Part shown: piece by piece, positions 52,330 to 63,516 of the stretch | Layout: each line of letters opens with the position of its first letter | Numbering within the stretch: position 1 is the first letter of the stretch | NCBI RefSeq assembly: GCF_048593235.1 | Contig: NC_133617.1 | Span: forward strand, 15,257,607-15,321,606 | Source: Sminthopsis crassicaudata | Lineage: Eukaryota | Reading direction: 5' to 3' | Length of the DNA stretch: 64,000 nt | Notes under the pieces: model-generated | The model's input: the letters and a program-made list of their open reading frames with translations, nothing else | Told to the model about the DNA's origin: nothing | Database searches by the model: none | Translations under genes and position numbers: made by a program

Positions 52330-53010
52330 ACTGTCAGATCTTGTAGAGCAATCAAGGAACGTGAGCCCAAGAAACAAAGAGCACGGGATTTTGGTGCTGG
52401 AGCCATTGTGGCTTCTTGAGTTTTAATAAAATTGATGAAAATAGGAGCCAGTTTTTGGGATTCAAAGGAATAAAAAGATGGTATGGAAATTGAGGGGGCA
52501 GGTATTTGTTCAGTAATGTTTGCAGTAAAAGGAGGGAGAAAAGTAGAATTATAACTCGAGAGGAGGGCAGGATCAAATGAAGGGTTTTTAAATTATCGCT
52601 TGTTTTTAAATTATAGGGGAAACCAATGCACGTTTGAAAGTAAAGTGCATGGGGAGAGATTAGAGATGTTTAAGCGAGTATAATTTTGAGGGAACATGGT
52701 GAGAAGGGTATGAGACAAAGAGCTCAGGCCAAGGCTAGCTTTGAAAGGAAGGTAGAATTCCCCCGGGGAAGAAAAATAAGATTTTTAAGATAAAAAGAGT
52801 AGGTGACAGATGGTGTGGGCTGGATATCAGCAATCTCCTTAAGATAGGAGATCTGGTCATCTGCTAATGATAGGGATGGAGGTCTTGAGAAAAGTGGAGA
52901 GTTGGGACAGCACAGGAATCCACCAAAAATAGATCAAATTGGCTCCCTAGCAGGAGCGAGGGCCAGATGAAATGAACTTCAATTTACAGAGAGGCAGTTT
53001 TCAAGGGGAA
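52330..53010 (-). mobile_element. Old L2 fragment (antisense)
   Basis: Purine-rich reverse L2 with ggatcaaatgaagggtttt...gagatctggtcatctgctaatga...gggacagcac. Confidence 0.55.
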
Positions 53011-53046
53011 ACTAAGTGGTCCCCATTTGATAGAGGGCCGGCTGCC

Positions 53047-53185
53047 GTCAGGAAGATCTGAGTTCTGATCCACTTCCTAGTTGTGTGACCTTGGGCACAT
53101 CCCTTCACCTGTTTGCTTCAGTTTTCTGAGCTATAAAATGGGCCCAAATGGGGTCGTGAAGAGTCGAACATGACTGAGAAACAAG
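53047..53185 (+). mobile_element. MAR1-like SINE (internally deleted)
   Basis: tcaggaagatctgagttc...gtgtgaccttgggc...ggggtcgtgaagagtcgaacatgactga. Confidence 0.65.
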
Positions 53186-53270
53186 TTTTTGAGATTGTGT
53201 AGCTTTCTTTTGTGAGGTTTGTAGTCTGGGAGTCAAAGGGGGTAAAGGAGAGGATGGCCAGAATGGTGGG

Positions 53271-53655
53271 GCCGAGTCCCCCAGCAGGTCAGAGGAGCGG
53301 GAGCTTCTGGCGATTGCCTTGATGGGCTGAACGTGGACTCTGAACATGGCGCCCCAATGCGCTTTGCACGGGATTGTTTCTGCGCTGGAGTGCTGGCTAT
53401 TTACTTGTTTTTTGAGATGAACAATAATACAAGGGGTTAGTATTCAACAGAAAAGTTCTTCAGGCCCAGTCGGAGAAGAAAGGGAAGAGAGAGAGCGAGC
53501 ACTTTGTGTTGCCTGGACTGCACACTGACCATCCGCAGTGTTAGGTGCCAGGGAGGCAGCAGGAAGCCCCTCCAAAAGTGCCTCCGCTCTGTAGGGTGTC
53601 GGAGGGCAACGAGCTGGTGGGTGCAGACGGAGTCAGGGTGAAGGAGCCGGGCGGC
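53271..53655. promoter_or_regulatory. CpG micro-cluster with YY1-like and CCAAT motifs (putative regulatory element)
   Basis: 17 CpGs in about 385 bp against a depleted background. AACATGGCG at 53343-53351 and CCAAT at 53354-53358. Confidence 0.3.
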
Positions 53656-54167
53656 TCTTGTTAAATTTAGAAATGCCAAGTCTTTGGGCCTCTCCTTCCC
53701 ATGGGATCGACTGTCTGCCTGTGTGACAGAGCTCATTTACCCCTTCTTCCTTACTTGCACCTCTATTGTTGATACTCCTTGCAGCTGAAATCTTCCAGCT
53801 TGGGGGTGGCAGGGGAGCATTCTTAGCAAAGCTGCTGTCTAATTGCTTAGAGGGATCACTTTCGAATGACATGATAGCTCATCCTAAGGGAATGAGCATA
53901 GAAGTTCCTAGCTCACAAAGAAGTAGAAGAGAGTCAAAGAATTAAACGAAATTTCTCCTTAAGATTTTAATTCAATCAATTAGTCCTATGTAGCTAGCGG
54001 AGTCTGCTCTACATCAGACTAGAAGTGATTTTTATGGTACAATTACCATTTATTTACCTGGTTTAATTCCCGAACGCTATTGTTCTCCAGGATGATTGCC
54101 TGCCACATGCAAACTTCCTTTATTTTTCTGAGCAGAATCTGGATGAGTTGGAGTCGTTGTAATTTTC

Positions 54168-54457
54168 TTTTTTCTTTTTTTTTTTAATTTTTTATTTTAT
54201 TTTATAATTATAACATTTTTTGACAGTACATATGCATGGGTAATTTTTTACAACATTATCCCTTGCACTTACTTCTATTCAGATTTTTTTCCCTTCCTCC
54301 CCCAACCCCCTCCCCCAGATGGCAAGCAGTCTTATATATGTTAAATATATTACAATATAATTTAGATACAATATATGTGTGTAGAACCGAATTTTTTGTT
54401 GCACAGGAAGAATTGGATTCAGAAGGTAAAAATAACAGTTTACATTCATTTCCCAGT
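54168..54457 (-). mobile_element. 5'-truncated young L1 (290 bp of 3' UTR) with 15-bp TSD
   Basis: T-rich tail and body homologous to about 6699-6950. TSD gtcgttgtaattttc at 54153-54167 and 54458-54472. Confidence 0.93.
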
Positions 54458-56209
54458 GTCGTTGTAATTTTCAATCCAATATCTAGAAACATTATGTTTT
54501 TCTATTATAAACAATAGTGTTTTATTTTGTACATTCTACAAAATTCTGCTTTTTGTCTTCTGTCTCCCATCTTTGATTTCCAGCTGTATACATCTAATTA
54601 TTCATTAATACACTGCTTGTTATAGACTTCCGCACTTGTTATAGACTTCTGATATAGACTTGGGAAAACATCCAAGCAAGGAGCCTATGGTTGCCGTTAA
54701 ATGGAAAATGTGACTTGTTCTATGGAGACTGAATAATGAACAACCAGGGCTCTTTGTGGCCATGTCACCTGTCACCTGAGTGACGGGATGACAGTTAAAA
54801 AGGAACACTTCACTGTTTTAAGAGTAATGAGAAGCTTTTCTAGTTGGGCTACTTTTGCACATGGTATTAGGGGCGGTTTTGATCCGAATACAGGGCACGC
54901 TTTCCCCAGGTCTGGCTTACCGTGAGGTGGGGGCTGCTGGCCCAAGGAACAGAGGTGGTTTAACCCTTGGTGGTCTCATCCTCAGAAGCAGAGACAATAG
55001 GTGTGGAGCATCAACAGTTTTCCCTGCTGGTTTACCTGAATTCTGGAGGAAGCTTGCTGCTGCTGCTGCTGTTGCTGCTGCTAGACTGGAGGATGACTCT
55101 CTCTCACTCATAGCCATGGGAGGACCCCAGATCTGCCTCTCCTCTGCATCCCTAAAGCTGGAGAGGACCACTGAGGCAGGGGATGGCAGGGTACCCCAGT
55201 ATCTGCAAGACTTTGTCATCCCACCTGGGGCTTGTGAGTTCTCAGGGCAAGAACTGTCTTTTGTCTCTCCTAAATCCCTGACGCTTAACCCAATGCGAGG
55301 CACAGAGTGGGATCTTAAGTGTCTGTGGAGAAACGAAAGCTACGATCTCAGGTGCTCCAATCAGTGCTTGGCCACATCTTCTCAGGCTCATCTGTGAGCA
55401 TCCTGATCAGGCAGCTATTGGCTCTTCTGGATGAGCATGTGAGAAGGGAACAGGGTGAGCTTCGCCAACAATTGCCTACGTCCTCTAGAAGAGCAGCATT
55501 TTACTGCGATGTTTCGGCCCATCACCTCTGTGGGGTGGCCGTCCTGTGCTTCTCCCTTTCCGGAGCCCTCAGCTCCCACTTGTAGTGAGCAGTAGGAAGG
55601 GATTGAGTGATCTGACATAACCCCGCCACCCTCGTGCTTTTATGTTGACAGATAGTCTACCTTGGGCACGGCATCCCAGTGAGACTTTGCGAAGACATTA
55701 TCTTACAAATAAGGAAATGGTCACTTCACATTCATAACTGCTCAGTGATAAAGATTTAGCAGAACAGCGAGTCCAATTTAATCATGTTAAATTACTTGTT
55801 GGATATTCCAACTCGTATACTTCTTGCTTTATCTTTATTTATTACATGAAAAGAATTTCATGTTAGTAGTAGTAATTCTGGCTTAATTTGCCCATTTTGG
55901 CTTCATCAGTTGCCTTCCTCTGGTCTAATGAGATAAGCAGTCATTTTTCATAAGCACAAACACCACTTGAGTTTGTAGTCTCTAACACTTCTCACTGAGG
56001 CAAGTTCTCACGGGGGCAAGATCAATATCTAATTAACCAATGAAAGGGCAGATATAAAACACGGGAGTTTGCTTGTTTTTGTAGTGCTTTATCATTTCAT
56101 TACCTCATTTAATCTTCAGCCCAGTCCTATGAGGAAGTCAGAGCAGGTATTATTTACATTTTACATGAAGAAGCTCGAGACCGAGCTCTTGCCATGTATC
56201 ACTCAGCTG

Positions 56210-57150
56210 AACTCACAAAAGCAAGGGCAGCAGTCATGATTTTGGTCAAGGACATAGCAAAGAGACTTGATTATGGGAAACACACAGGGAAACATAATAT
56301 TTTGCCGAAAGGGACTGCAGACAATTAATTTCAATACGTAATAAATATGTACTGAGTTACATAGCCTCTGAATACTAAAGGGAAAACTAAATGACTTGAC
56401 AAGGAATAATAATAGTAATGGATATATACTCCTTTTAGCTCTAGATAAATCAAACTGAAAAATGAACAAGAAAGAAGTTGACAACACGAATAAAATTTTT
56501 TGCAGAAATGATGACAGACCTCTGGTCACTATCGAATAAGAATAGACGCACATGTAATTCTTGTCCATGGAACCGTTATAGAAGTTGACATGTGTTAGGA
56601 TATTAAAAATATCACAAATGCCGAATATCAGAAATATTAAACACATCTTCTTATGGGTGTTATTCAGTCATTTCTGACTCTTCCTGATCCCCTTTTTGGG
56701 TTTTCTTGGCATAGACACTGGAGTGGTTTGCTATTTCCTTCTCCAGCTCATTTTACAGATGAGAAAACTGAGGCAAATGGGGGTTAAGTGACTTTTTCAG
56801 GGTTATATTGCTAGGAAGTGACTGAGATTGGATTTGAACTCAAATCTCCCAATTCCAAGTCTGGTGTCTATCCACTATGCCAACTAGCTGCCTTTCCTTA
56901 TTGATAACAATTCAATAAACATTATATTAAATAAAGAGTTGTTGAAAAGGTATTAAAATCAACTGGAAATTACATAACTTAATTCTAAAGAATTGATGAG
57001 TCAGAGAAAAAATCAGAATTGATAGATATTTTCATTAAAGGAAAAATTTATATCTCAACACTTAGGTTAACAAAACAAAGAGCAAGTCAATCAATTATAT
57101 TTTAAAAAAACTTAACAAATTAGAAGCTTCTTTTAAACATCAAAATAAAA
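56210..57150 (+). mobile_element. Old L1 ORF2 endonuclease-region fragment, interrupted by a SINE
   Basis: A-rich sense L1 with gggaaacataatattttg...ctagataaatcaaac...aacaagaaagaagtt...ccatggaacc...gacatgtgttagga following the endonuclease motif order (HGT..K.DH.LG). Confidence 0.7.
56648..56892 (-). mobile_element. MAR1-like CORE-SINE
   Basis: Reverse tail ggagtggtttgctatttccttctccagctcattttacagatgag...atttgaactc...actagctgcc. Confidence 0.85.
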
Positions 57151-57155
57151 GCAAA

Positions 57156-57362
57156 GTCAGGAAGAACTGAGTTCAAATCCGGCCTCAGACACTTACTGGC
57201 TATGTGACCCTGGGCAAGTCACTTAACCCTGATTGCCTCAGTTTCCTAATCTGTCACATGAGCTGGAGAAGGAAATGGCAAACTGTCCCAGTGTCTATGC
57301 CAAGAAAAGCCCAAGTAGAGTCACAAAGAGTTGGACACAAGTGAACAACAATGAACTAACAA
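57156..57362 (+). mobile_element. MAR1-like CORE-SINE (5'-truncated)
   Basis: gtcaggaagaactgagttcaaatccggcctcagacac...gagctggagaaggaaatggcaaac...gtcacaaagagttggacac. Confidence 0.85.
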
Positions 57363-58527
57363 CTCCAAATGGCACAGATGGGAGTTGGTCTGTTTCCTTC
57401 CAAAAAACCACCCTATAAAATGGGACCTCAAACTCCTGCCCCCAGTCTTTCTTCCACTTCCATGGAGTCCATGCTGCTGGGTGAGTGACATTCTGTCTCT
57501 CCACCTCTCCCTCCCCTTTCTTACATTGCCTGCCTCTCTTTGTCCCATCCCCCCATCCCCAAGTCATGGATCTGCCTCAGTATCCCTTCCCATTTGTCTC
57601 TGTATTTAATTAAAGTGTGATTGCCACCCTGTTTTTCATTGCCAATTATGGTTTTTCGGGGCTAGAACCTAAAGAATTGAATGTGCCTGCCCTTATAACT
57701 TCATAAATTAATTATCAATCCATTGGTCTCCGGAAGAGATTAGAACATTAAACTAATGTCCCCACTTTTTAGTATCAGGTGCCTTTTGTTAGGAAAGGCA
57801 GTGCCCTGATTCAAAGGTTTAGTTCAATCACTAATGGTTTAAAGGAAATTCTCCCCACAGTCAGATTAATCCAAATCCTGTATTAACCTCTTTGATCATT
57901 TTGCAGTATTACTGGATAATTTGTAATTAGTGACAAGCACTTATAGTCCTGAGGTAATCCTGCTTAGGTGACTGTTCTCTTGCCCCCTACTTTCCATCCT
58001 GCTTATTCCCTTCCAAGTGATAAATGTTGTAGATAAATATTCATTTATCAATAATTCAGGACATCCTGCATCTTATTATTTTTTTAAACTAAATGATGTA
58101 ATAACTTCCTAATTATTGTGAAAGCAGACCATTTTTCTTAAACACTTTTTCTGTCACATGGAGAATTTTCTTTAAACAATCATTATTTCTCATAGTCCTA
58201 TCGAGATTATTTCAGATGAGTTTAAGCTTCTGATAGGGGATTTTTTTTCTGCTTGAGTCAACAAAAATTTTTCTAAGGACATTTTGTCTTTTGAAGTGAG
58301 TTGGCTATTTAGCTATTAGATGACCCAGTAAGTAAAATGATCTATTCCTGAGTATATACCATGTGAGATAACTATTTTGGGAAAGTAAGTGCTGCTTAAT
58401 GTTATTGTAGATGGGGGTGAATGGGTGGAGGATGGGAAGGCAGTTGGATTCAATAAAATACAGGCTTCTAAAGATTAAATGTTGAATCTAACTGCATTCC
58501 CCACCTAATACTATGAAATTCATGATT

Positions 58528-58756
58528 NNNNNNNNNNNNNNNNNNNNNNNNNNNNNNNNNNNNNNNNNNNNNNNNNNNNNNNNNNNNNNNNNNNNNNNNN
58601 NNNNNNNNNNNNNNNNNNNNNNNNNNNNNNNNNNNNNNNNNNNNNNNNNNNNNNNNNNNNNNNNNNNNNNNNNNNNNNNNNNNNNNNNNNNNNNNNNNNN
58701 NNNNNNNNNNNNNNNNNNNNNNNNNNNNNNNNNNNNNNNNNNNNNNNNNNNNNNNN
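58528..58756. other. Assembly gap (229 N)
   Basis: N run; lies between a TSD copy and a WSINE1 body. Confidence 1.
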
Positions 58757-58875
58757 TTAGGTGACTTGCCCAGGGTTATACAGCTAGGAAGTGTTAAATA
58801 TCTAGGTCAGATTTGAACTCAGAACCTCCTTATTTCAGGGCTGGTGCTCTATCTACTGCACCTTCTAGCTGCTCC
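58757..58875 (-). mobile_element. WSINE1-like SINE (tail inside the gap)
   Basis: gtgacttgcccagggttatacagctaggaagtgttaa...atttgaactc...cagggctggtgctctatctactgcacc...tagctgctcc. TSD aattcatga at 58517-58525 and 58876-58884. Confidence 0.88.
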
Positions 58876-60030
58876 AATTCATGAATTTCTAATTGGTCCC
58901 ATGAAAACATAATGTTAGTCAAAATGACATTATCAGGGAATGATAATTCCACAGGAACAATGGCATAAATATTGTAAATGGACAGTTATCTGAATGAATT
59001 TTCAACAGGATTTGACAATTTTGTGCTGGGGTTTGATGTTTGTATTCAACAATGTTTTCCAAAGCTCCACTTTCTCTAAATCCTTGTTAACTTCCAGGGT
59101 CAAATACAAACTCCATTTTGGCACCTTTCCCATTCTGGCTCATACTTAGCTTCCCAGGCTCATCATGCTGGCCCTTCCCCATCCCAATGGCAAATGCATT
59201 GGACAAGCAGACACCTGCAGTTTCATCCCTCAGCTGATGTTTATTGTCAGAGGGCCGTTGAGCATGATTATTTCTGTGGTTGCCTCTTCTAAGAAATTCT
59301 GAATGATCTTAATGTAAAGGTGAGTCATCTCGCTGGAGAAGAGAGATTAGGGAAAATCCCCATGCTATTCTATCTACTCAAATGCTTTCCCACAATTGAC
59401 AAATAATAGGGACATGGAATCTCATCTTTTCCATTCATTGTCAGATGGTAAAGATAGAGTTGTCGAAAATTGGCTTGTGAAAGCTTTCCATTGCCCATGG
59501 GTTCCTTTGATTCATATATAAATAAAGATTTTGAACCGATCGGTCAGTAGTTATCGCTTGTCTTTTTTGTTAGTTACTAATAAGATCTCAGTTTTTTCCC
59601 ATTCTTTTGGTGTTGTCTCCTTCAGATTTATACATGAATACCTCAGTGCTCTCAAAAGTCTTCTCTCCACCATGGGTCTCCTCGATATCTTGCTCCTTGG
59701 TCCACTTCAGCTGCTTTCCCCATTTTTGTTCCCTTTGGAACCCAGCACGAAGTAGGTGCTTGATGAATGTTTACAGGATTGATTGAAGGCTTCTGTGATC
59801 CCTGTGGTTGGGAATGAGTTTATCACAAAGACATCACCTGCTACTTTCTCTAGTCTGACCTACTGCACTTAGAGTTATTAGATTTCTCTGTTCACTGTCT
59901 GTTACTCTCACTAGTACCAGGGAACTTTCCAGGAGATGCGCACCCAGGTGTGTCTCATTTGGGCACATCTAATTGGTTTTCTATCCCTGATGTCGGACAG
60001 AGGAGCCACCAGTTCATTCATCTAACAGGC

Positions 60031-60437
60031 CTATAGTTTTCTTTCTCAGTTTTCAACCTATGGGATTAGGTATTAGTATCATGTCTGTGTCATAAAAGGA
60101 GTTTGGTAGGACTTCTTCATTCCCTATTTTTTCAAATAGTTTATATAACATTGGGGCTAATTGTTCTTTAAATGTTCAGTAGAATTCACATGTAAATCCA
60201 TCTGGCCCTGGGGATTTTTTCCTGGGGAGTTGATTAATAGCTTGTTCTATTTCTTTTTCTGAAATGGGACTATTTAAGCAATTTACTTCCTCCTCTGTTA
60301 ATCTGGGAAGCCTATGTTTTTGGAGGAAGTCCTCCATTTCACTTAGGTTATCAAATTTATTGGCATAAAGTTGGGCAAAGTAACTCCTTATTATTGCTCT
60401 AATTTCCCTTCATTGGTGGAAAGTTCCCCCTTTTCAT
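60031..60437 (-). mobile_element. Internal L1 ORF2 fragment (pre-RT region) flanked by an 18-bp duplication
   Basis: Minus translation [40 protein letters not shown]...[19 protein letters not shown]...[14 protein letters not shown]...KENY. Flanks ttcattcatctaacaggc and ttcattaatctaacaggc. Confidence 0.92.
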
Positions 60438-60529
60438 TTCATTAATCTAACAGGCACGGGTCCTACTGTTTTCCTCCCTCACACATGAATGCTCCAAGGC
60501 ATTCGGCGTCAGAGACGGAGAAAGGCACA

Positions 60530-60740
60530 GGCATTTATTAAGTGCCTACTGTGTACCAGACACTGTACTAAATGCTATACAATTATTATCTCATTTGATC
60601 CGCAGGGGGTGCTATTATTATGCCCATTTTGCAGCAGAAGAAAATGAAGTAGATAGAAGTGATGTAGAGTCAAACATTGGTCTGAGGCTAGATTTGAACT
60701 CGGGTTTCCTGGACGCTGGGTCCAGCCCCCTGCCTCCTGT
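60530..60740 (-). mobile_element. MIR fragment
   Basis: attattatctcatttgatcc...tattattatgcccattttgcagcagaagaaaatgaag...atttgaactcggg. Confidence 0.7.
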
Positions 60741-60792
60741 ACCACCAGCTCGTCTTGTTTCTCAGTCCTGCTCTGCTGTAAGCTTCATGAGA

Positions 60793-60939
60793 GGGGCAGC
60801 CAGGTGGCACAGTGGATAGAGCACCAGCCCTGAATTCAGGAGGACCCAAGTTCAAATCAGGTCTCAGACACTTAACACTTCCTAGCTGTGTGACCCTGGG
60901 CAAGTCACTTAACCCCAGCCTGGGGGGGGGGGGGGGAGA
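60793..60939 (+). mobile_element. WSINE1-like SINE with a G15 tail and 13-bp TSD
   Basis: Intact body. TSD aagcttcatgaga at 60780-60792 and 60940-60952. Confidence 0.93.
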
Positions 60940-61529
60940 AAGCTTCATGAGAGAAGAGCTGTCTTCTTGCCGGTCCTCCCTACTCAGTGCTCTGCAGCCA
61001 GGAGGTAGTTAATGAATGTCTGGGAATGCAGCTGTTCAAGTGGACACTGTCCTCCCTTCCCGGCTTCCCAGTCACGCTCAGGTTCCTTCACTGAAGCATT
61101 ATGGGAGGCAAAGCACCTGCAGGTTGTGGAAGATTCTCAAGTAGCAGGAGCAAGGAAGGAGACTAGCACCAAGGGGCAGAGGAAGAACCTCCTGAGAATT
61201 TTCTGCTGCTTGTAACATCCTCAGAGGCTCAGAGGGGAGAGCAAACACCTCTGGCTGCTTAAAACCCCTGGCATTTCACAGGGGGAAGGGTGGCAGTGGG
61301 CATTGGCGCTTGTTTGGGTTTCTCTGGGTAGCGCTGGGAAGCCTCAGGGCTGCTCGGAGTGGGGCCAGCTGTCAGATTCCCCTTCAGGGACTCCACTTTA
61401 CCTGGACCATCTGAGAGCTGTCCTGGAATTCTTCTCCCAGTCTTTCCTCTTACTGACAGCCCCAGACAGCAGCTGCTTTATCCCCTCAAGGCTCTCAGAC
61501 TGTCCCTCAGGACAAGGAAGTGGCTTTCC

Positions 61530-61920
61530 CTTTTTAAAAAAAAATTATTGTTCCTTAATTACCTGTAAGCAACAATTTTTGACATTGTTTTAAAATTCTT
61601 CCCCTCCCTGTTTCCCCTCCTTCCTCCTTGAGAAGACAAACAACCTGATATAGATTATACATGTACTGTCAGCCAAAACATCATCAGATTAGCCTTGTTG
61701 CAAAAGAAAACACAGACCAAAAAAATCCAAGAATAACAAAGAACACAAAAAAGCACCCTTCAGTCTGCATTCAGACTTTGTCAGTTCTTTCTCTGAAGGT
61801 GAATAGTGTTTCTCAAAATGAGTCCTTCAGAATTGTCTTGGGTCATTGTACTGCTGAGAATAGCTAAGTCACTCACAGCTGATCATCGTACAATGTTTCT
61901 ATTACTGTGTACAATGTTCA
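61530..61920 (-). mobile_element. Old L1 3' UTR fragment
   Basis: aattacctgtaagcaacaatttttgacattg...ctgcattcagactttgtcagttctttctctgaaggtgaatag...gatcatcgtacaatgtttctattactgtgtacaatgtt. Confidence 0.75.
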
Positions 61921-61974
61921 GGGGAGTGATTGACTAATAGAATTTATGAGCCTCTACAACGTGTTTAATAAGTA

Positions 61975-62210
61975 GTTAGTTGTCACAGGGGATAAAGTGC
62001 TGGGCCTGAAGTCAGGATGATCTGAGTTCAGATGCGATCTTGGAAACTCAGTAGCTGGGTGACCCTGGGCAAGTCCCTTAACCTTGTTTGGCTCAGTTTC
62101 CTCATCTGTCAAATGAGCTGGAAGAGGAAATGGCGAAGTCCTACGGTATCTCTGCCAAAATACCCCAGATGGGATCGAGAAGAGTTGGTCATGACTGAAG
62201 CAATTCAACA
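61975..62210 (+). mobile_element. MAR1-like CORE-SINE
   Basis: gggcctgaagtcaggatgatctgagttc...gtttcctcatctgtcaaatgagctggaagaggaaatggc...gaagagttggtcatgactgaa. Confidence 0.82.
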
Positions 62211-62706
62211 GAAACCAATGTGCTCTTCTCTATGATTATCCATTGGTGTTAATTAGCCAGCCAGATTTAATTATTCTTTAGAAATGGGTATTTATCATAG
62301 CGGTATAAGTAGTAGAAAATAACCCCCAGAAGAGACGGTAGGCATACTCTCCCACAGCCAGGAAAGTGGCTCAAACTTAGTATACCTGTGGCAAAGGTCA
62401 CTGACTACTGTAGAAGTCCTTTTGCCAGATGTTCTCCTTGGGTATGATGGAGCCTTGGGGCTGGGCTCCTAATGGAGCCTGGAAATTGCCTTTCTTCATC
62501 GTGTCTGGTCTGCTCTTCCTCCACAGACACTGCTAGAATGCTACTAGGAAGTCCCAAATCCTCAGGAACTGCACTAATTCCCAGGCCCAGGCCAGCCCGA
62601 ACGGGGCAGGGGTGCAGATGGAGGCCAGGACTCTTCTCCTCTTGCTAGCAGATGGCCAATCCTGGGCTCCAGACCAACTCACTAGCTTCACACCACCCCC
62701 TTAGGG

Positions 62707-62879
62707 CAGTGGTCCTCAAACTTTTAAAATAGGGGGCCAGTTCCCTGTCCCTCAGACTGTGGGAGGGCCGGACTATAGTAAAAACAAAAGCTCACACTCT
62801 GTCTCCGCCCCTCAGCTCATTTGCCATAACCTGGCAGGAGCATAAATGTCCTCAGCGGGCTGTAGTTTGAGAACTCCTG
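62707..62879 (+). mobile_element. hAT MITE, OC1-like, 173 bp, perfect 8-bp TSD
   Basis: TIRs CAGTGGTCCTCAAACT and AGTTTGAGAACTCCTG. TSD CCTTAGGG at 62699-62706 and 62880-62887. Confidence 0.9.
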
Positions 62880-63360
62880 CCTTAGGGAGTGATTAAGTCT
62901 TCTGCCCAAGAACATGCTTCCTGTGCTATGTCAATCCAGTTACTCAGTGGCTTTCAAGAATATCCACATTTATAAAAGACGTTTTCTGAACTTAGTCTCA
63001 CTCAGCTAAAAGGTGCTCTTACCTGGTGAAAGTACCATCTGAGACTCTTGCCATTTACTTTAAGTGAAATAAAGGGACTTGCCTGGGAGACTCAGTTGGA
63101 CTACCCTCCCCACCTAAGAGAGGAAACGAGTTTTCCTAAACAAAGCCTTTACAGTCTTTGAACTCTTTTTTTGGGAATTGCTTAGGGAAAATGCAACTTT
63201 TCTCAAAGAGATCACACTTTATTTCTTATTTATTCTAAATTAGCCCAATGCCTTCCTATGATGATAACACAATAACTAGAAAATGTGCTTGTTTTTGTCA
63301 GCCTGAGATAGGATTTCAAAGCTCTGGTTGCTCCTTCTGCTCTGGCATGGGTGACTAAGT

Positions 63361-63516
63361 NNNNNNNNNNNNNNNNNNNNNNNNNNNNNNNNNNNNNNNN
63401 NNNNNNNNNNNNNNNNNNNNNNNNNNNNNNNNNNNNNNNNNNNNNNNNNNNNNNNNNNNNNNNNNNNNNNNNNNNNNNNNNNNNNNNNNNNNNNNNNNNN
63501 NNNNNNNNNNNNNNNN
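63361..63516. other. Assembly gap (156 N)
   Basis: N run. Confidence 1.

Noticed and set aside
24584-59320. Other short + strand exon-like segments (SSRLSLESG near 24584, GHKPPPPSDQQGCFRKCIKYW near 37112, VNPELSESMQK near 38664, a 17-nt piece near 40866, 69 nt near 51495, EILNDLNVK near 59294-59319)
   Set aside because: The peptides are unrecognised, several donors are weak, and they cannot be chained into a consistent frame. This many matches is plausible by chance in 64 kb.
321-59330. Recurrent AP-1 sites (TGACTCA/TGAGTCA) across the window
   Set aside because: About a dozen were seen against about 8 expected by chance, which is not a convincing excess.
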